This document shows positions 51,557-64,000 of a DNA stretch of 64,000 nucleotides, piece by piece. Made by a program: the position numbers and the translations under genes. The notes under the pieces are model-generated. The model had not been told where the DNA came from and ran no database searches. It saw only the letters and a program-made list of their open reading frames with translations. Each line of letters begins with the position of its first letter. The first letter of the stretch is position 1. Source of the stretch: Schmidtea polychroa (Eukaryota). The stretch covers positions 31,498,001 through 31,562,000 of the forward strand of contig CM097885.1 of the NCBI GenBank assembly GCA_044892525.1, read 5' to 3'.

Positions 51557-54500
51557 TTACAAATGTACCAAATAATTTACCTCCATAAATGATCGTGTTT
51601 TTCCCCGTTTGTAAATCATATAACTTTCATAAGGCTTCACTGCTAGATATGTTTCAACGTCTCCTTTGCCTTTCATAAATACACTTCCTCTGTATTCAAA
51701 TTGAAAATGGGTTGACAAATATTTTTGCACATAATCCGAAACTTGAATCCTTCCAGCCGGAGCTGTACTATACATTCTACTAGCCACATTGACAGTGTCC
51801 CCCCAAATATCATACAGAGGTTTGGTTGTGCCAATAATTCCAGCCGTTACCGGTCCAAAATTGTAACCAATCTTTAAATAAAAATGTTTGTTTCCGATAA
51901 TATTTTCCTCATTATAATATGCGAGTTGATTTAATAGATCAAATGAAAACAGCATCAATTTGTATAAATGATCGTTTCTATAAGCTTTTGATGAAGCATT
52001 CAATCCCGACGCCATCATGTAGCAATCATTGACAGTTTTAATCTTTTCTAATCCTTTATACAATGGAAGTCGAAGTAAGTTGTCGAATCCACAAATAATA
52101 TTGTGCAGCACTTTGAGAGCATTTAGACCCTTTTTAAAATCTTCTCTGTAATACCCAGAAAAGAAATTACTGATACAAGCAAATACAACACCGGCATTTG
52201 GTATGGTGTGAGCATAATTGAATTTAGTAGTCTTTTTATCGTCTGCACTCCCTGTAATTTGAAAGAAAACATATTTTGGAATAATATTATAGAGAAATCT
52301 TTCAGCCACTTTTCTCTCTCGTCTGGCTTCATCGTTTCTTATTTCTGCTTCTCTTGAAGCATAAAAAAAGATTCGAATGTTCTTTTCGTTTTCTTGGGTT
52401 AGATAATAAATGAGCAGACATACTTGCAACAATTGAAACACGTAGAAATATTGTAACTTTTGGACTTTGTATTGAAGGATATTTATCAAAAATTCTTGAC
52501 AGTTTGAAATTTCATAGTTAATTTCATCTAATGTTGGTTGTAACAATATATAAATAGACATAGCAGTACATACAGCCGTAGACATTTGTTTAATCACGCT
52601 GTATGAGCCAGTGAATATACAATTACTTATAAGAGAGAAAAAGATTAAGGTAAAATATTCAACTGTGTATTCGTATTCAACATACATTTTCGTTTGATTA
52701 TATAAAGTGTAAACTAGAAAAGAAGGAAAAGATGAAAGGTATATACCAATGAATAGTCTTGATACGGGATGATTAACAACAATGAATATTCCTCGTATAA
52801 TATCTGAAGGAATTTCACTTTTATATACCAAACATATCCAGGCTGAAATAAAGGTCATCACGATGCCACTGATGTACATTAAGAATGTAGATTTAGGTAT
52901 TGCTGAGCTTCGTATGACTAAAACATATGATGAGATTAGAATAAAGGTAATATACACCTGACAAGCAATTGCGTCAAAGAGTAACGCGATTTTTACCGAG
53001 TCAATGTTTATTTCCCTCAAATGGTCATTGGAGTGGAACTGAAAATGAGATTCAATTTCGTTATCCGTAAAAGTCATAGTAAACGGATTCAACGGTGGAC
53101 TATGAAAAAATTGCACTGTTTTCTCTGGATCACTCTGTAAATGTCGGATTAACTCTAAATCATTTTTCATTTTTTCATCCCTCATTTTAAAGGCAAGAGA
53201 AGATTGATCAATCACAGTTTCAGCAGCTGGAGATTCAGTATGTTTCTCGGAATATCTTTCAGTAATTTTTGAATCATTAACATCAATCCTATTAAAATAT
53301 TCGTCATATTCGGTTTCTACAGATTCTACAAAATATGTTGATATGGGAACTAAAGCTTGTGAAAATCCTTCAAGTCCGAATTTTCGTTCTTTTTTTATCA
53401 TTAACTTTTCGCCTTCAACAAATGTGTAAGCATGACAAACTAGCTTAAAGGTTTTCTCGGATATGTGAACTTTCCCCGGTTTCCCACTTGATTCTAACGC
53501 ATTTGCAATTGAAACGTCGTTAGAATAAACGTCAAATCGAAATCTTAAATTTCCAATAATCGCTGCAATAACTCGGCCACTGTGGACACCGACTCTCATG
53601 TTCACTTCTTCCTTGTGAGCTTTATTGAATGTCATAATCATTTTACACATTCCTAAACCCATTTCAACACAACACATCGCATGATCGGATCTTGGTACAG
53701 GGCAACCGGATACACAATAATAACAATCGCCCAAAGTCGCGATTTTTTCGCAATTCATAATTTTTCCAAAATCGTCAAAGCGATTGTACAAATCATTGAG
53801 AAGATAAACTAATTGTTTTGCACTTTTGTTTGAACTCATTGCCGTAAATCCGACAATATCAGCGAACAAAATACTTACATCTTTAAACTGTCGACAGTAA
53901 ACCAAATTAAATAAATCTTTATAGCGAACATTTTGCAGGAATTCCGTTTTAACCGCTTTTGGCATAATGGCCTCAATCCAGTAGATTTGCACTTCAATTG
54001 CCGATTCCATTTTCATTTTCGCTTGCGCATTTTGAGCGAGTTTGAGAAAAGCGGATTTTCTTCGAATTGAATTAAAAAATCTCAAGTATAAACCGATCAA
54101 ATAAACGGCAAAAAATAGAATAAATTCAGCAACTAAAAGATTGTATTTATGTGCAATATGGTGGTCTTCCTGGCGGACAGAGAGCAATGAGTTTACTGCA
54201 ATGCTGTAGGACGCTCGCGTCACATTTTGTGGTATTTCCGTTTTTAAACGGTAATTAACAGCTGACATGAAAATTAATATATAGACAATACTTAAAACCA
54301 AAGTGATTAGAAACCTCAGATGAAACAAAGTAAACATCATTAGGATATTGGCGACCATTAATGAAAGTCTTCCTTCTATCATTTCTTCGTTATCCGAGGC
54401 CAAAATAACGGAATATGTCATACACATAACGACCATGATAGACGCGATGGATATCATTGTTTCGGAATTGTCAACACTGGCTGTCAATATATATATGAGA

Positions 54501-54727
54501 ACAAATATACAAAACGCGATCAACGCAACGAGAGGCCCAAATACCATGCTTCTTTCACCCATATGAGATACAATTATTTCGGAGCAAAAATATATTATTA
54601 AAACTTTTGTACCATTTCTTATAGATTTGACATTGTGGACGGTCATGAGCATATGAAAATACTCACTAAATGCGGTCGAATGTAAGCTTAATACTTTTAA
54701 AATCTTTTGAATTTTGTGTTCAAACAT
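51557..54727 (-). CDS. ADCY9: Transmembrane adenylate cyclase (AC9-like), host gene, single ORF
   Basis: Two TM clusters and two class III cyclase domains: VSILFADIVGFT, TLGDCYYCVSGCP, RFRFDVYSNDV; KIKT, YDIWGDTVNVASRM. Confidence 0.88.
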   Translation of the reverse strand: MFEHKIQKILKVLSLHSTAFSEYFHMLMTVHNVKSIRNGTKVLIIYFCSEIIVSHMGERSMVFGPLVALIAFCIFVLIYILTASVDNSETMISIASIMVVMCMTYSVILASDNEEMIEGRLSLMVANILMMFTLFHLRFLITLVLSIVYILIFMSAVNYRLKTEIPQNVTRASYSIAVNSLLSVRQEDHHIAHKYNLLVAEFILFFAVYLIGLYLRFFNSIRRKSAFLKLAQNAQAKMKMESAIEVQIYWIEAIMPKAVKTEFLQNVRYKDLFNLVYCRQFKDVSILFADIVGFTAMSSNKSAKQLVYLLNDLYNRFDDFGKIMNCEKIATLGDCYYCVSGCPVPRSDHAMCCVEMGLGMCKMIMTFNKAHKEEVNMRVGVHSGRVIAAIIGNLRFRFDVYSNDVSIANALESSGKPGKVHISEKTFKLVCHAYTFVEGEKLMIKKERKFGLEGFSQALVPISTYFVESVETEYDEYFNRIDVNDSKITERYSEKHTESPAAETVIDQSSLAFKMRDEKMKNDLELIRHLQSDPEKTVQFFHSPPLNPFTMTFTDNEIESHFQFHSNDHLREINIDSVKIALLFDAIACQVYITFILISSYVLVIRSSAIPKSTFLMYISGIVMTFISAWICLVYKSEIPSDIIRGIFIVVNHPVSRLFIGIYLSSFPSFLVYTLYNQTKMYVEYEYTVEYFTLIFFSLISNCIFTGSYSVIKQMSTAVCTAMSIYILLQPTLDEINYEISNCQEFLINILQYKVQKLQYFYVFQLLQVCLLIYYLTQENEKNIRIFFYASREAEIRNDEARRERKVAERFLYNIIPKYVFFQITGSADDKKTTKFNYAHTIPNAGVVFACISNFFSGYYREDFKKGLNALKVLHNIICGFDNLLRLPLYKGLEKIKTVNDCYMMASGLNASSKAYRNDHLYKLMLFSFDLLNQLAYYNEENIIGNKHFYLKIGYNFGPVTAGIIGTTKPLYDIWGDTVNVASRMYSTAPAGRIQVSDYVQKYLSTHFQFEYRGSVFMKGKGDVETYLAVKPYESYMIYKRGKTRSFMEVNYLVHL

Positions 54728-55829
54728 TTTTCCTTTTATTTCAATTCCAGATCCCCTAATAAATTTGTATGGAATTCTTATTTTTAATTGAGTTTATGAA
54801 TATTAATTAATAATAACATTGATTGAGCGATCTTGTACGACCTGGAAGTGGAAATGAAAATGGATATACAATACTGTTAGAAACGCGCCCGCTGCAATAC
54901 CAGACAACTTACGATTACAAGACCCTTTTTAGACAAAAAGAAATTCATGTTTACCTACCACCTATTTTAGCATATTTACCGAGGCCTTCATTTATATTTT
55001 ATCATTACAAGCTAAGTTATTAACCTCAATATGATCATTATACCTTTTATTAATTTGTATATTCTTATAACTAGAAAATGTTGTTTATTTTATTTTTTAT
55101 TTATTTTAATATTTACTATAACTAGAAAATGTTATTAATTTTTCATTTTTTTATTAGCTGAAAATGAAATAGTATTTGTTGTTTAAACGTTTATTTTTGA
55201 ATAAAGATTATTTGTCAAAAAAATATAGGTTGTGGGTCGGAAAAAGACGGCATTTAAAATTTGGGGTCGCAATACAGAAATGTTTAGGAAACGCTGATCT
55301 AGGTAGATAATGTGCCAATGGATTCAATGAAAAAAACAAAATTTTTTATATTTTTAGACCTCACCTATTTAACTGAAAAATACAGGGGTGTAAATTCGAA
55401 CATTGTTCCCACAAAACTCGGCCATTTATAAATGTTATTAATAGATATAGATAGTGCATAGATGTATTAGATATAGTTTATTTGGTATCAAACCTCGGTA
55501 TTTTATACATTATATATTTGAATGAAAAAATCTTTTGGTTTCAAATATCAAATTTAGTAGATTTAACCGACTACCAGAGTGTTTATGTTAGTAAATTTTG
55601 AGTCTGGGACATTGTCCGTTTATATTTCATTAATTGTGTATTCTCTAGAGTAAGTGAATGTAAAATTAATTATGTACATTTAATGTCAAAGAGTCATTTT
55701 AATTAAAATTTACCTATTTTCCCGACTACAATGAGTTCGGTACAATAGGCCCTATTTTCATGTGGGGTCATAGACCCTTAATTGCTATAGTTAATTCGTC
55801 CGCATAGCCACGACAACTATACACAAGTG

Positions 55830-56005
55830 AGTACTGGACAATTATAGTATTTGAAGCATGTTCACTTTTTGCCGCTACTCAAACCCTTGGTACAGTACCA
55901 AGGTAGATCACTCAACGGGTATCAAGCGGTCGACTTGATTGTATTCTGGGTTACGCTGGAAGCAGCACGACAGGGTAAAATGTTTGATTACCTGTAACCC
56001 ACTAC
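55830..56005 (+). repeat. Solo copy of the conserved 3' module of the unclassified element
   Basis: cccttggtacagtaccaa..ctcaacgggta..ttgtattctgggttacgctgg..gtaaccca. Confidence 0.75.
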
Positions 56006-56155
56006 TAGTGATAAATATTTACCAACTATTAGTAATCAAAGAAAAAATCACAATGGATTCATTTAGTCAGGGAAGTTGAGCACCATCCAAAAATTCTTCC
56101 TATTTCAGCCCACTCAGTCATTATTTCTGAATAATTTGCGTGGGATTAAAAATTT

Positions 56156-56201
<46 letters not shown>

Positions 56202-58689
56202 CGCATTTGATTATCATAAAAAAAATTCATTTAGCTATGTCAAATAAACTTTGTTTTGGATTTTAGTTAATTTTAAGATTTTTTGTTAAAATAATGAATA
56301 AAGAAGTAAGATATTTATTTATTTATTATAATATACATTAAATTTTTCATAGTTCACCTAAAATATCAAGTATTTAGAGAAGAATCTTTAGTATGATTAT
56401 TAATATGATTTTTGAAATTATTGTGATCTGGTTTTCGAAGTTCCTCGTTAACTGCTTGGGATATTGCAGGAAATCATTCATTGAAAGTAAATCTGTCTGG
56501 TAAATCCATCAGCCGAAGAAACTTTAGTCCTTACCCCATTTTTAATTTTGCTCTACACTTTCGATGGGGTTCAAAAATGGATTATATGGCAACTTTTCTA
56601 TTTGAATAGTCAATGATATATTATTGTAAATGGATTAGCTAATCTTTGGATATTGAGACCTCGATTTGTTGGTATATTGTGTTGGGCTAGAACTGATTTT
56701 TAGACCCAAAATACTAATTGTGACTGAAATGTGTAGGTACACAGCAAGTAAAAAAGCACCAAGTATAGTTAAATAGTAAAAATACACCAAATAAACAATA
56801 TTAATTAAAGGAGAAAACAACAAAAGCATAAACACAAAAATTAAATAAAATTATACAAGAGCAAGAAGTTATGCAAAATCTAACTCAAAAATAACCGAAT
56901 AAACATAGAGTTACAAAAAACAAACTCGAATAACTTAAAAGATGGTAAAAACAGAAAAAAAAACCCAGAACATTCCATAAAAATGGCGATGACCATCATA
57001 AAAGCTACCTTAAACAATAAAAGTTAGAAAAATAAATAAATTAGTAATAAAAATAAAAATTCTTAAAAAGAAATTCATAAAACATCAATTAAAATAAAAA
57101 TTAAATTAAAAGTAATATAGAATGTTCTGGAACCGTTCCAAATCCATCATGGACGTAAAATTAATGAAAAATAATTAAAAATTTGAACTTTAGAAATAAA
57201 AACAAAAATTATGGCACAAAAATTGCCATTAAAAATATCAAAATCGCGAAATAGAAAATTCTGGAATAAAAAGAATTCGAGTTTGTTTAATGCATCAATA
57301 CATACACGTGTACAAAATAGGTATATATACTGACACGTTTCAGTCACAAGGATCACTTTTTATGCCAATATTTTTTTGAACGAAAATTTTGTCCAGAAAA
57401 CTAACAGTAAGTAGTTTTTCCTTTTTGATGTTCATCATTTTCATCATTGATATTAGTATTTTTATGTTTTGATTCATTAATGTAAATTATTTTAATGATT
57501 TTAATTGATTTTAATCTTCCACCTAACTTGTTTTTACCTTTTTCACTAATCAGCGACGTCTTAGTGCGTCGCTATTTAGTCCTGCATTTAATATTAATTT
57601 TTAACTAACAATTTCACAGGCAGACAGGCAATATCTTTTATATATTTTTTTTGTTCGGTCATCGGAGGTCGGCCACTTCATGGTTCTACCATGGAGTTGT
57701 GTCGATAAAACCCCTCCGCTATGGCTCCATATATTTATTTATCGGTCGACAGTGATGTTTCGACTCAACATTACAATAGGGCTTGTCGTAGCGGTCACAG
57801 TGGGGCCGTGTAAGCAAGCATTCTTCCCGAGTTCCAATGCAGTACACATTTAAAATCAACATTAAAAATTCCACACACTACTTCACACTAGGATCATAAT
57901 TGAGTAGATCTCAGACCCAAATTAAACACAGCAATTACAATTCAGTTAATGTAGTCGGTTGGGACCTCCCCACTTAGGTGTTGGACGAACATCGTTAGTA
58001 AATAAAAACTTTTTATCAATTAAAATTATAACTATAGATTATTTATAAAAGGGAAAATTTATAAATTACAAAATGGAATTTGTATATAAAGTGTAAATTA
58101 AAACATCCTATAACCGTGAATTCTAGATTATCTCATAAAATATAATCCTATGCTAAGTTCGAACCCTGGCTTACATATATGAGCGGCTATGTATAGATTA
58201 TATATGCACGATGATAATACAATACAGGCCTTAAACATAAGATACGACCTATAATTGGTAACTCTATCTCGATTATTAAGTGTAAATGATAAGTGGTTAT
58301 CTTAATTATAAAAATACAATCTAAAAAGAATTATACATAAAATTTTTATTACAGAAATATAATTTATATATATAACTTTGAATTTAAAATATAAAGTATA
58401 AATACTTATGGGAAATTATTAAACTATAATCTATAAAGAATTATACCCAAAATTTTATAAGAATATAAGTTCTCAATAGTTTTATGCAAATCCGAGTTTG
58501 AAAATATAACATATAAATGGTTATATGTAAATTACCAATGTATCTTGATTATACAATTCGATCTACAAATGGTTGTTCAAAAAATTTTTTGGCCATGAAA
58601 ATATAATTTCTAAATAGTTAGGTATGAATTTACATTTAGGGATATGAATTATAGATAGTTACATATGATCCTATATATACTTGGACCTT

Positions 58690-59560
58690 AAAAATATAAA
58701 CTATAAATAGTTAGGAAAAAATTTTTTACTTATAAAAATGTAAATTATAAATAATTATATAAAAATTTTGATTATAAAATATAAAGTATAAATAGTTATA
58801 TATAAATAAATAGTTATATATAAATTGTGTACGGATATGGATCATAAAAATATAAACTATAAATAGTTAGGAGTAAATTTTACTTATAAAAATATAAATT
58901 ATAATTAATTATATAAAATTTTTGATCATAAAATATAAAGTATAAATGGTCATATATAAACAATTATAAATAGTTATATATACATTAGATACGGATATCG
59001 ATCATAAAAATATACTCTATAAAAAGGTACGAATAAATTTTACTTATAAAAAATAAATTATAAATAATTATATAAATTTTTTTTTTATTATAAAATATAA
59101 AGTATAAATAGTTATATATAAGTAGTTACAAATGGTTATATATAAATTATATACAGTATCGATCATGGATCATAAAAATATACTCTATAAAAAGTTACAA
59201 ATAAATTTTACTTATAAAAATATAAATTATGAATAATTATGTGAAAATTTTTTTATTATAAAATATAAAGTATAAATAGTTATATATAAATAGTTATAAA
59301 TCGTTATATATAAATTATATACAGTTATTGATCATGAAAATATAATCTATAAATAGTTACGAATAAACTTTTCTTATGAAAACATAAATTATAAATAATT
59401 ATATAAAAATTTTGATTATAAAATATAAAGTATAAATGATTATATTTAAATTATAAACGTATATCGACCATAGAAATATAATCTGTAAATAGTTATGAAT
59501 AGATTTTACGTACAAAATATAAATTATAAATGATTATATATGAATTTTGATTGTAGATAG
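58690..59560. repeat. AT-rich degenerate tandem repeat, period roughly 160-190 bp
   Basis: Recurrent gatcataaaaatata..ctataaa..ttttacttataaaaa..ttataaaatataaagtataaatagttatat. Confidence 0.8.
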
Positions 59561-60489
59561 TTGATTATAAATTATATAGGTATATTGATGGTTACGATTT
59601 AATTTTACAAAAATATCAACTATAAGGGATTTTATATAAACTTGGATTGTAACAATATAATTTATAATTGGTAATATATGATACTGCATTACAAAGTAGT
59701 TCCAACAATTATCAGCATAAAATTAGTTCTGTATCACAAAATTTAGCTTACCTTGACAGTTGAGAAATTGTATATCCAAGCATTCAGTTTACAAATGTAA
59801 CAGTAGAATCCCAACTGAAATACCCAGCCATGATCAGGCTAATAATCTCCTTTGGAAGGAAAACTGCAGGGTGAACGGTACCGATGCAAACTCGGCACTG
59901 AATCTGCATGAAAATTGGGCATAAATCCACGATTGTAATATCAGCGTAGCATGGGTATTGAACTGATCCGGAGATAAAACAAACAACCAAAAATTTCTAA
60001 TAAGATGGTCACCCTGAACACGACAACCCCGTCTAAGTGAGGATGAGGTGGGAAACTAAGTTCCAACAGCTCACCCAGCACCGACGGAGCTGGTTGATTC
60101 GGAGGTCAAATTCAATTAACCTAAAATAAAATCTTATGTCAATGACATAACAAACTTTAAAAATGAATCATAAAATATCAATAATTAGATTAAATAAACA
60201 AAGTGAGATTTATTAATGATTTATATTTTTTTTTAAAGTTGAATTGCTGAATTAACCCTGTCAAATAGAATTAGATCTTCAGAAATCAATTTTGGTATTA
60301 TTTTTATTTAGCCATGGGTTTAGTGAGTTTTCGGCGGCACTGATCTAACAGTGGGAAAAGGAAAATTTTTTTTTATTTGATAAATTACATAACGGATTAA
60401 TAACCGAGATTTAAATTAATATACGCTCCATTCAGCAAAAGCAATCATTCCCCTACAAAAATCTCTTTTAATTGGGTTTATTTGGTAGA

Positions 60490-60852
60490 ATGTCCCAATC
60501 AAGCGAATCCGACGAAGTCGAATACCGGCAGATGATAACACGGCTCCGGACCCGGTACATATGGTATCGGATACACGACTGGAACCGGGGGTTGGACCTC
60601 GATAATTATGGTCCGGTCATCCGAAGTGGCCCAGAACCCGATGCCCCGGCGTGGGTGAAAGTAGAGCCCACCAACAACGTGCTCCGGGAAGCCCGCGATC
60701 GAGCGGCCGATGAGGTGGTGGAGGCCCAAAAGCGGCTGAGGAGACTCGAGCTCCAACTCAAAGCCGAAACACTGGGGGTAACTCTTGAAGAGCTGGAGGA
60801 GACCGACACCCCTCCACGAAAACGGGGAAGGCCCCGCAAGAACCTGGCCTAA
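60490..60852 (+). CDS. AT-hook/coiled-coil protein ORF1 (copy B)
   Basis: Ends PRKRGRPRK; homolog of 4494..4859. Confidence 0.7.
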   Translation: MSQSSESDEVEYRQMITRLRTRYIWYRIHDWNRGLDLDNYGPVIRSGPEPDAPAWVKVEPTNNVLREARDRAADEVVEAQKRLRRLELQLKAETLGVTLEELEETDTPPRKRGRPRKNLA

Positions 60853-61163
60853 CTCATCGACAGTCGCGGCTTGAATGGAATGGTTTTGACTGATTTCATC
60901 CAGTGATATTTTACCTTGTAGTAGCATAACGAATTGAATTTTTCTTTTGTTCATTAAATCTTGACAATATAGTCTATCGTGTATCTTCGTAGTGCAATAA
61001 ATTATTTTTTTTGCTATTACATTTTGGACTTTATAGCTAATGGGGTGTATTCATGATTGAGGTGACCCTTTTCTCATCACCCACTTATTAATTTCATGCA
61101 CGTACTCTAACTAACTTTGCGCACCTGGATGCGAGCGATGGAATTTATTATTATTTTCCTTCA

Positions 61164-61673
61164 GTGTACCAGTTACTTGAAAATCTACGAAAGGACCGCG
61201 AACAGGCCCAGCAACAATCCGAGGGTCTCCGAGGTCGGGTCGAAAAACTCAAGCTGAAGTATCGAGAACTCCAAGGTACTTGGTTCAGTCCAGCCGAGAT
61301 GAAGAAGCAGACGACCCACATCTCGCAACTCCAGACCCAGGCGGAGCAAGACCAACTCGAGATTCGAGCGTTGAGGCTTCAAGTACGCTCGCTCGAGAGC
61401 AAATTGAATGAAAAACTCATCCAGGACGCCCTCCAAGAGCAGATTCGGCCTCTTCAGGTGGAGTTAGCCAAAATATACCCACCAGCCCAGACAAGCAAGC
61501 CGAAACGTAAACGGCTCGGGCGGAATACCCGCGACAAATTGAAAAGGGCCTGGCTGGCCGAGCAGGAAAAGTTGAAAGAGACTGAAGCCAATCCACGACC
61601 CCGAGAGACGTTCGAGAGTGCGACCCTCCTGGGTAAACAAACTTTGCGGTTGTTTAAAACAAGGAATGGGTAG
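61164..61673 (+). CDS. Coiled-coil protein ORF2 (copy B)
   Basis: Homolog of 3786..4256; preceded by a ttttccttcAG acceptor. Confidence 0.65.
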   Translation: MYQLLENLRKDREQAQQQSEGLRGRVEKLKLKYRELQGTWFSPAEMKKQTTHISQLQTQAEQDQLEIRALRLQVRSLESKLNEKLIQDALQEQIRPLQVELAKIYPPAQTSKPKRKRLGRNTRDKLKRAWLAEQEKLKETEANPRPRETFESATLLGKQTLRLFKTRNG

Positions 61674-62104
61674 AAAGGCGTTTGGGGAAAAACAATCTCG
61701 ATGAGGGACCGAAACAAATCGGACACGTGCCTTCTATCGGCGTCCGTGAACCCATAGAGTGCTCGACAATTACAGTGCTTGATGCGCTCACTTTTTGCGA
61801 GTACTCAACCCCTTGGTACAGTACCAACGTTGATCGTTCAACGGGTACCAGGAGGAAAACAACGTTGTATTCTTGGTTACGCTGGTAACAGCACTTAAAT
61901 ATTCAACCACCAGTAACCCACCAATTGTTATAAATTCTATTGCCTACTCGTGATCTACCGAATCTCTTGTTCGTCCAATGTATTGAAGAGCATGTATTGA
62001 AGGGGACCACTACTATTGAAATTTTTTAAGGACGGTCTGATCCTATTAGAATACAAGAATGTTTGGTACCAATTATGATGGGGAATCTTCTTTTATTTCT
62101 AGAC

Positions 62105-62803
62105 ATGTCAGTACCCAACGCTCCAAACACAGAACTTCGACCCTGGTTTTCTTGTGCCAACAAGAATGAAGATATCATACATCGGGGCCCTTAAAAAACG
62201 TATCGATACATACGAAGGCACGTAGTTCTCCCCGTCACAGATGAAGGAAGAGCGGACAAAGATCCTACGATTGGAGTACTGCCGTGACAGCCTCCTGGAA
62301 AAAAGCAGATGCCAGCGGCTGACAATTAAGGCCCAATCAGAGGCCCTGCATAAGGTGTATACAGAGGTGTTCGTGAATGTCCGATTCAAGATGGGACCAA
62401 TGTGTTCCCGATCCATCACCAAACTAATGGAGAGTCAATGACATGGACCAGCTGCACGGGGCATGGGCCTCAAATGCCGCCCCTTCCCGAACCTACTATG
62501 TTGTCTGGCGTCACGCCTGGCTACGTTCCAAGTGCAGCTCTTCCTCCTCCGAACCTACAATCAGCCACGACCTCTACGTCAGGTCCACGAAAGCGAAAAC
62601 GGCATACGCGATCCGAAAAGAATCAAAAGCGCCGAGACGCTATCGCAGCCTTGGAAGCATCTCTGTCGGTTGCTCAATCGACCATCAAGGAAATCTCACA
62701 AACTCCTTCTACGGCACCTTTGAACCCGAACTGCGAGTTTACTAAAGGTAGTCCTAAGGTAGGGGCTCACCTGTTGGTAAATTTCAACCTATGTGCGCAG
62801 TAA
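62105..62803 (+). pseudogene. Divergent, disrupted ORF2-like paralog
   Basis: LKKRIDTYEGT*FSPSQMKEE resembles LKLKYRELQGTWFSPAEMKK; basic RKRKR patch further downstream. Confidence 0.4.
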
Positions 62804-63311
62804 GAACGTGTTACATCACCACGTGCACATATAAGGGAGATTAGTTACGATCATCCTGGATATCCAGGGAACCACATGCTTAGCAGATGGGGACAGATTT
62901 GCTTTTTATTTTTCCCCTTCCCGGCTATCCAACACTATGTCTCTATAGTGTAATAGCCAATATAATGTCACCTAGCTAATTCAATGTCCCTTCTGGCTAT
63001 GACACACAAACATTTATTATAAGTAAGTTAATATTTATATTATTAAATTTGCAAATCAATGGCCATTTAATGATAATCAATTGCCGGTTGGTGTATATAT
63101 AATATTAGACAATAAAAATAATTTCAAATTTACATAAATTATGACATTTTAAAATGAACAATTGGAAATTATCCAAAATAAAAAACGAATATGACAAACA
63201 CTCATTTTCACGAATTAATGAAATAAAGAAATTAAAACCAAATAATTAAATATTAACATTTTATATAAATACAAAAAGTCAAGCAAGTTTTTTATTGGAA
63301 AATTTATGAAT

Positions 63312-64000
63312 TTATCTTTTTCTACGATTGTTAGGACTTCTTGATCGTTTAGATTTTTTATATCTATCTCTGGATCGACTTCTAGAAATCCTTCTTTCTC
63401 TGTGTCTCTCACTTCGATCAGTTTCTCTACTATGTTTAGATCGTTTGACTTCATATTTATCAGCATCTACGCAGTTATATCTCTTCTCTCGTTCTATTTT
63501 CATTAATTCATACCTTTCAACTTCTTGATCTAGTTTCATTTTAATTTCATCTGATTCTCCTTGTAGTTCCTTTATTTGTTCATCATACTCTGGTCCACAG
63601 CCTTTTTCGTATAAAAATTTTTTTAATATATCGTTTTCTTCTTTAAATAATGGTGGTAATTTATAATCTTCTACGTGATCAACTTTTAAAACTCGTCCAC
63701 CAAGTTTAATTCCATTGAAATTATCAACAGCTAATGTAGTGCTCCTTTGATCTTCGTAGCAGATAAAACAAAATCCTTTTGATTTTCCTGTATATTTATC
63801 ACGGGCCATGTTAATATTTACAATTTCACCATATTGTGAAAACACACAAATTATATCACCTTCGGAATATTCAAATTTTAATCCACCAACAAATATCCAA
63901 CAGCTCCCTTTAAATATGTTGTGCCAAGAACCGGTGGAGTCTATAATTCCATATCTCAATTCTGTTTCATTGGCTTTTGTAATAGTTTTTATTGTATTCA
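63312..64000 (-). CDS. RBMX2: RBMX2/Snu17/IST3 RRM protein of the RES complex, host gene; start at the window edge
   Basis: SWH..FKGSCWIFVGGL..SEGDIICVFSQYGEIVNIN..RDK.TGKSKGFCFICYEDQRST.LAVDNFNG..KVDHV; RS-rich tail. Confidence 0.92.
   Translation of the reverse strand, partial: NTIKTITKANETELRYGIIDSTGSWHNIFKGSCWIFVGGLKFEYSEGDIICVFSQYGEIVNINMARDKYTGKSKGFCFICYEDQRSTTLAVDNFNGIKLGGRVLKVDHVEDYKLPPLFKEENDILKKFLYEKGCGPEYDEQIKELQGESDEIKMKLDQEVERYELMKIEREKRYNCVDADKYEVKRSKHSRETDRSERHRERRISRSRSRDRYKKSKRSRSPNNRRKR

Larger units (their letters stand above)
56678..61923 (+). mobile_element. Unclassified ~5.2 kb dispersed element, copy B
   Basis: Begins TGTGTTGGG, then conserved 5' blocks, an AT-rich tandem region, ORF1, ORF2 and the 3' module; collinear with inverted copy A. 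No transposase, RT or TSD seen. Confidence 0.6.

Noticed and set aside
56678..57350. Solo LTR interpretation of the TG-starting block (and 23420-24119)
   Set aside because: Similarity between the two copies continues past the candidate CA end, and no TSD, PBS or PPT was found.

Overview
AT-rich eukaryotic (animal-like) DNA with very short (about 37-56 nt) GT-AG introns. The window holds two complete Polinton/Maverick (adintovirus-like) endogenous viruses in opposite orientation. Polinton-1 spans 6375-22559 (TSD AATTTA) and is nearly intact. Polinton-2 spans 30282-49106 (TSD TTCGTC) and has several inactivating lesions. Each has TIRs over 1 kb, pPolB, an rve integrase with chromodomain, a packaging ATPase, major and minor capsid proteins and a cysteine protease. 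Both also carry an unusual accessory set: a TBP-like gene, an IAP-type RING, a candidate SSB and two orphans. Polinton-2 adds a spliced Bcl-2 homolog and a predicted GPI-anchored glycoprotein. Many viral genes are split by tiny introns that the ORF track misses, including 4-5 micro-exons at the 5' end of pPolB and an (ATT)n intron within the integrase catalytic motif. The TIRs carry arrays matching nuclear-receptor and AP-1 sites. Polinton-1 sits inside one copy of an unclassified element of about 5 kb with two coiled-coil ORFs and a structured 3' module; a second copy lies at 56678-61923. The window also contains a decayed RLE-type non-LTR retrotransposon, pogo/Tigger remnants, and host genes for an adenylate cyclase and RBMX2. 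All family calls come from motif recognition by eye; no database searches were run.
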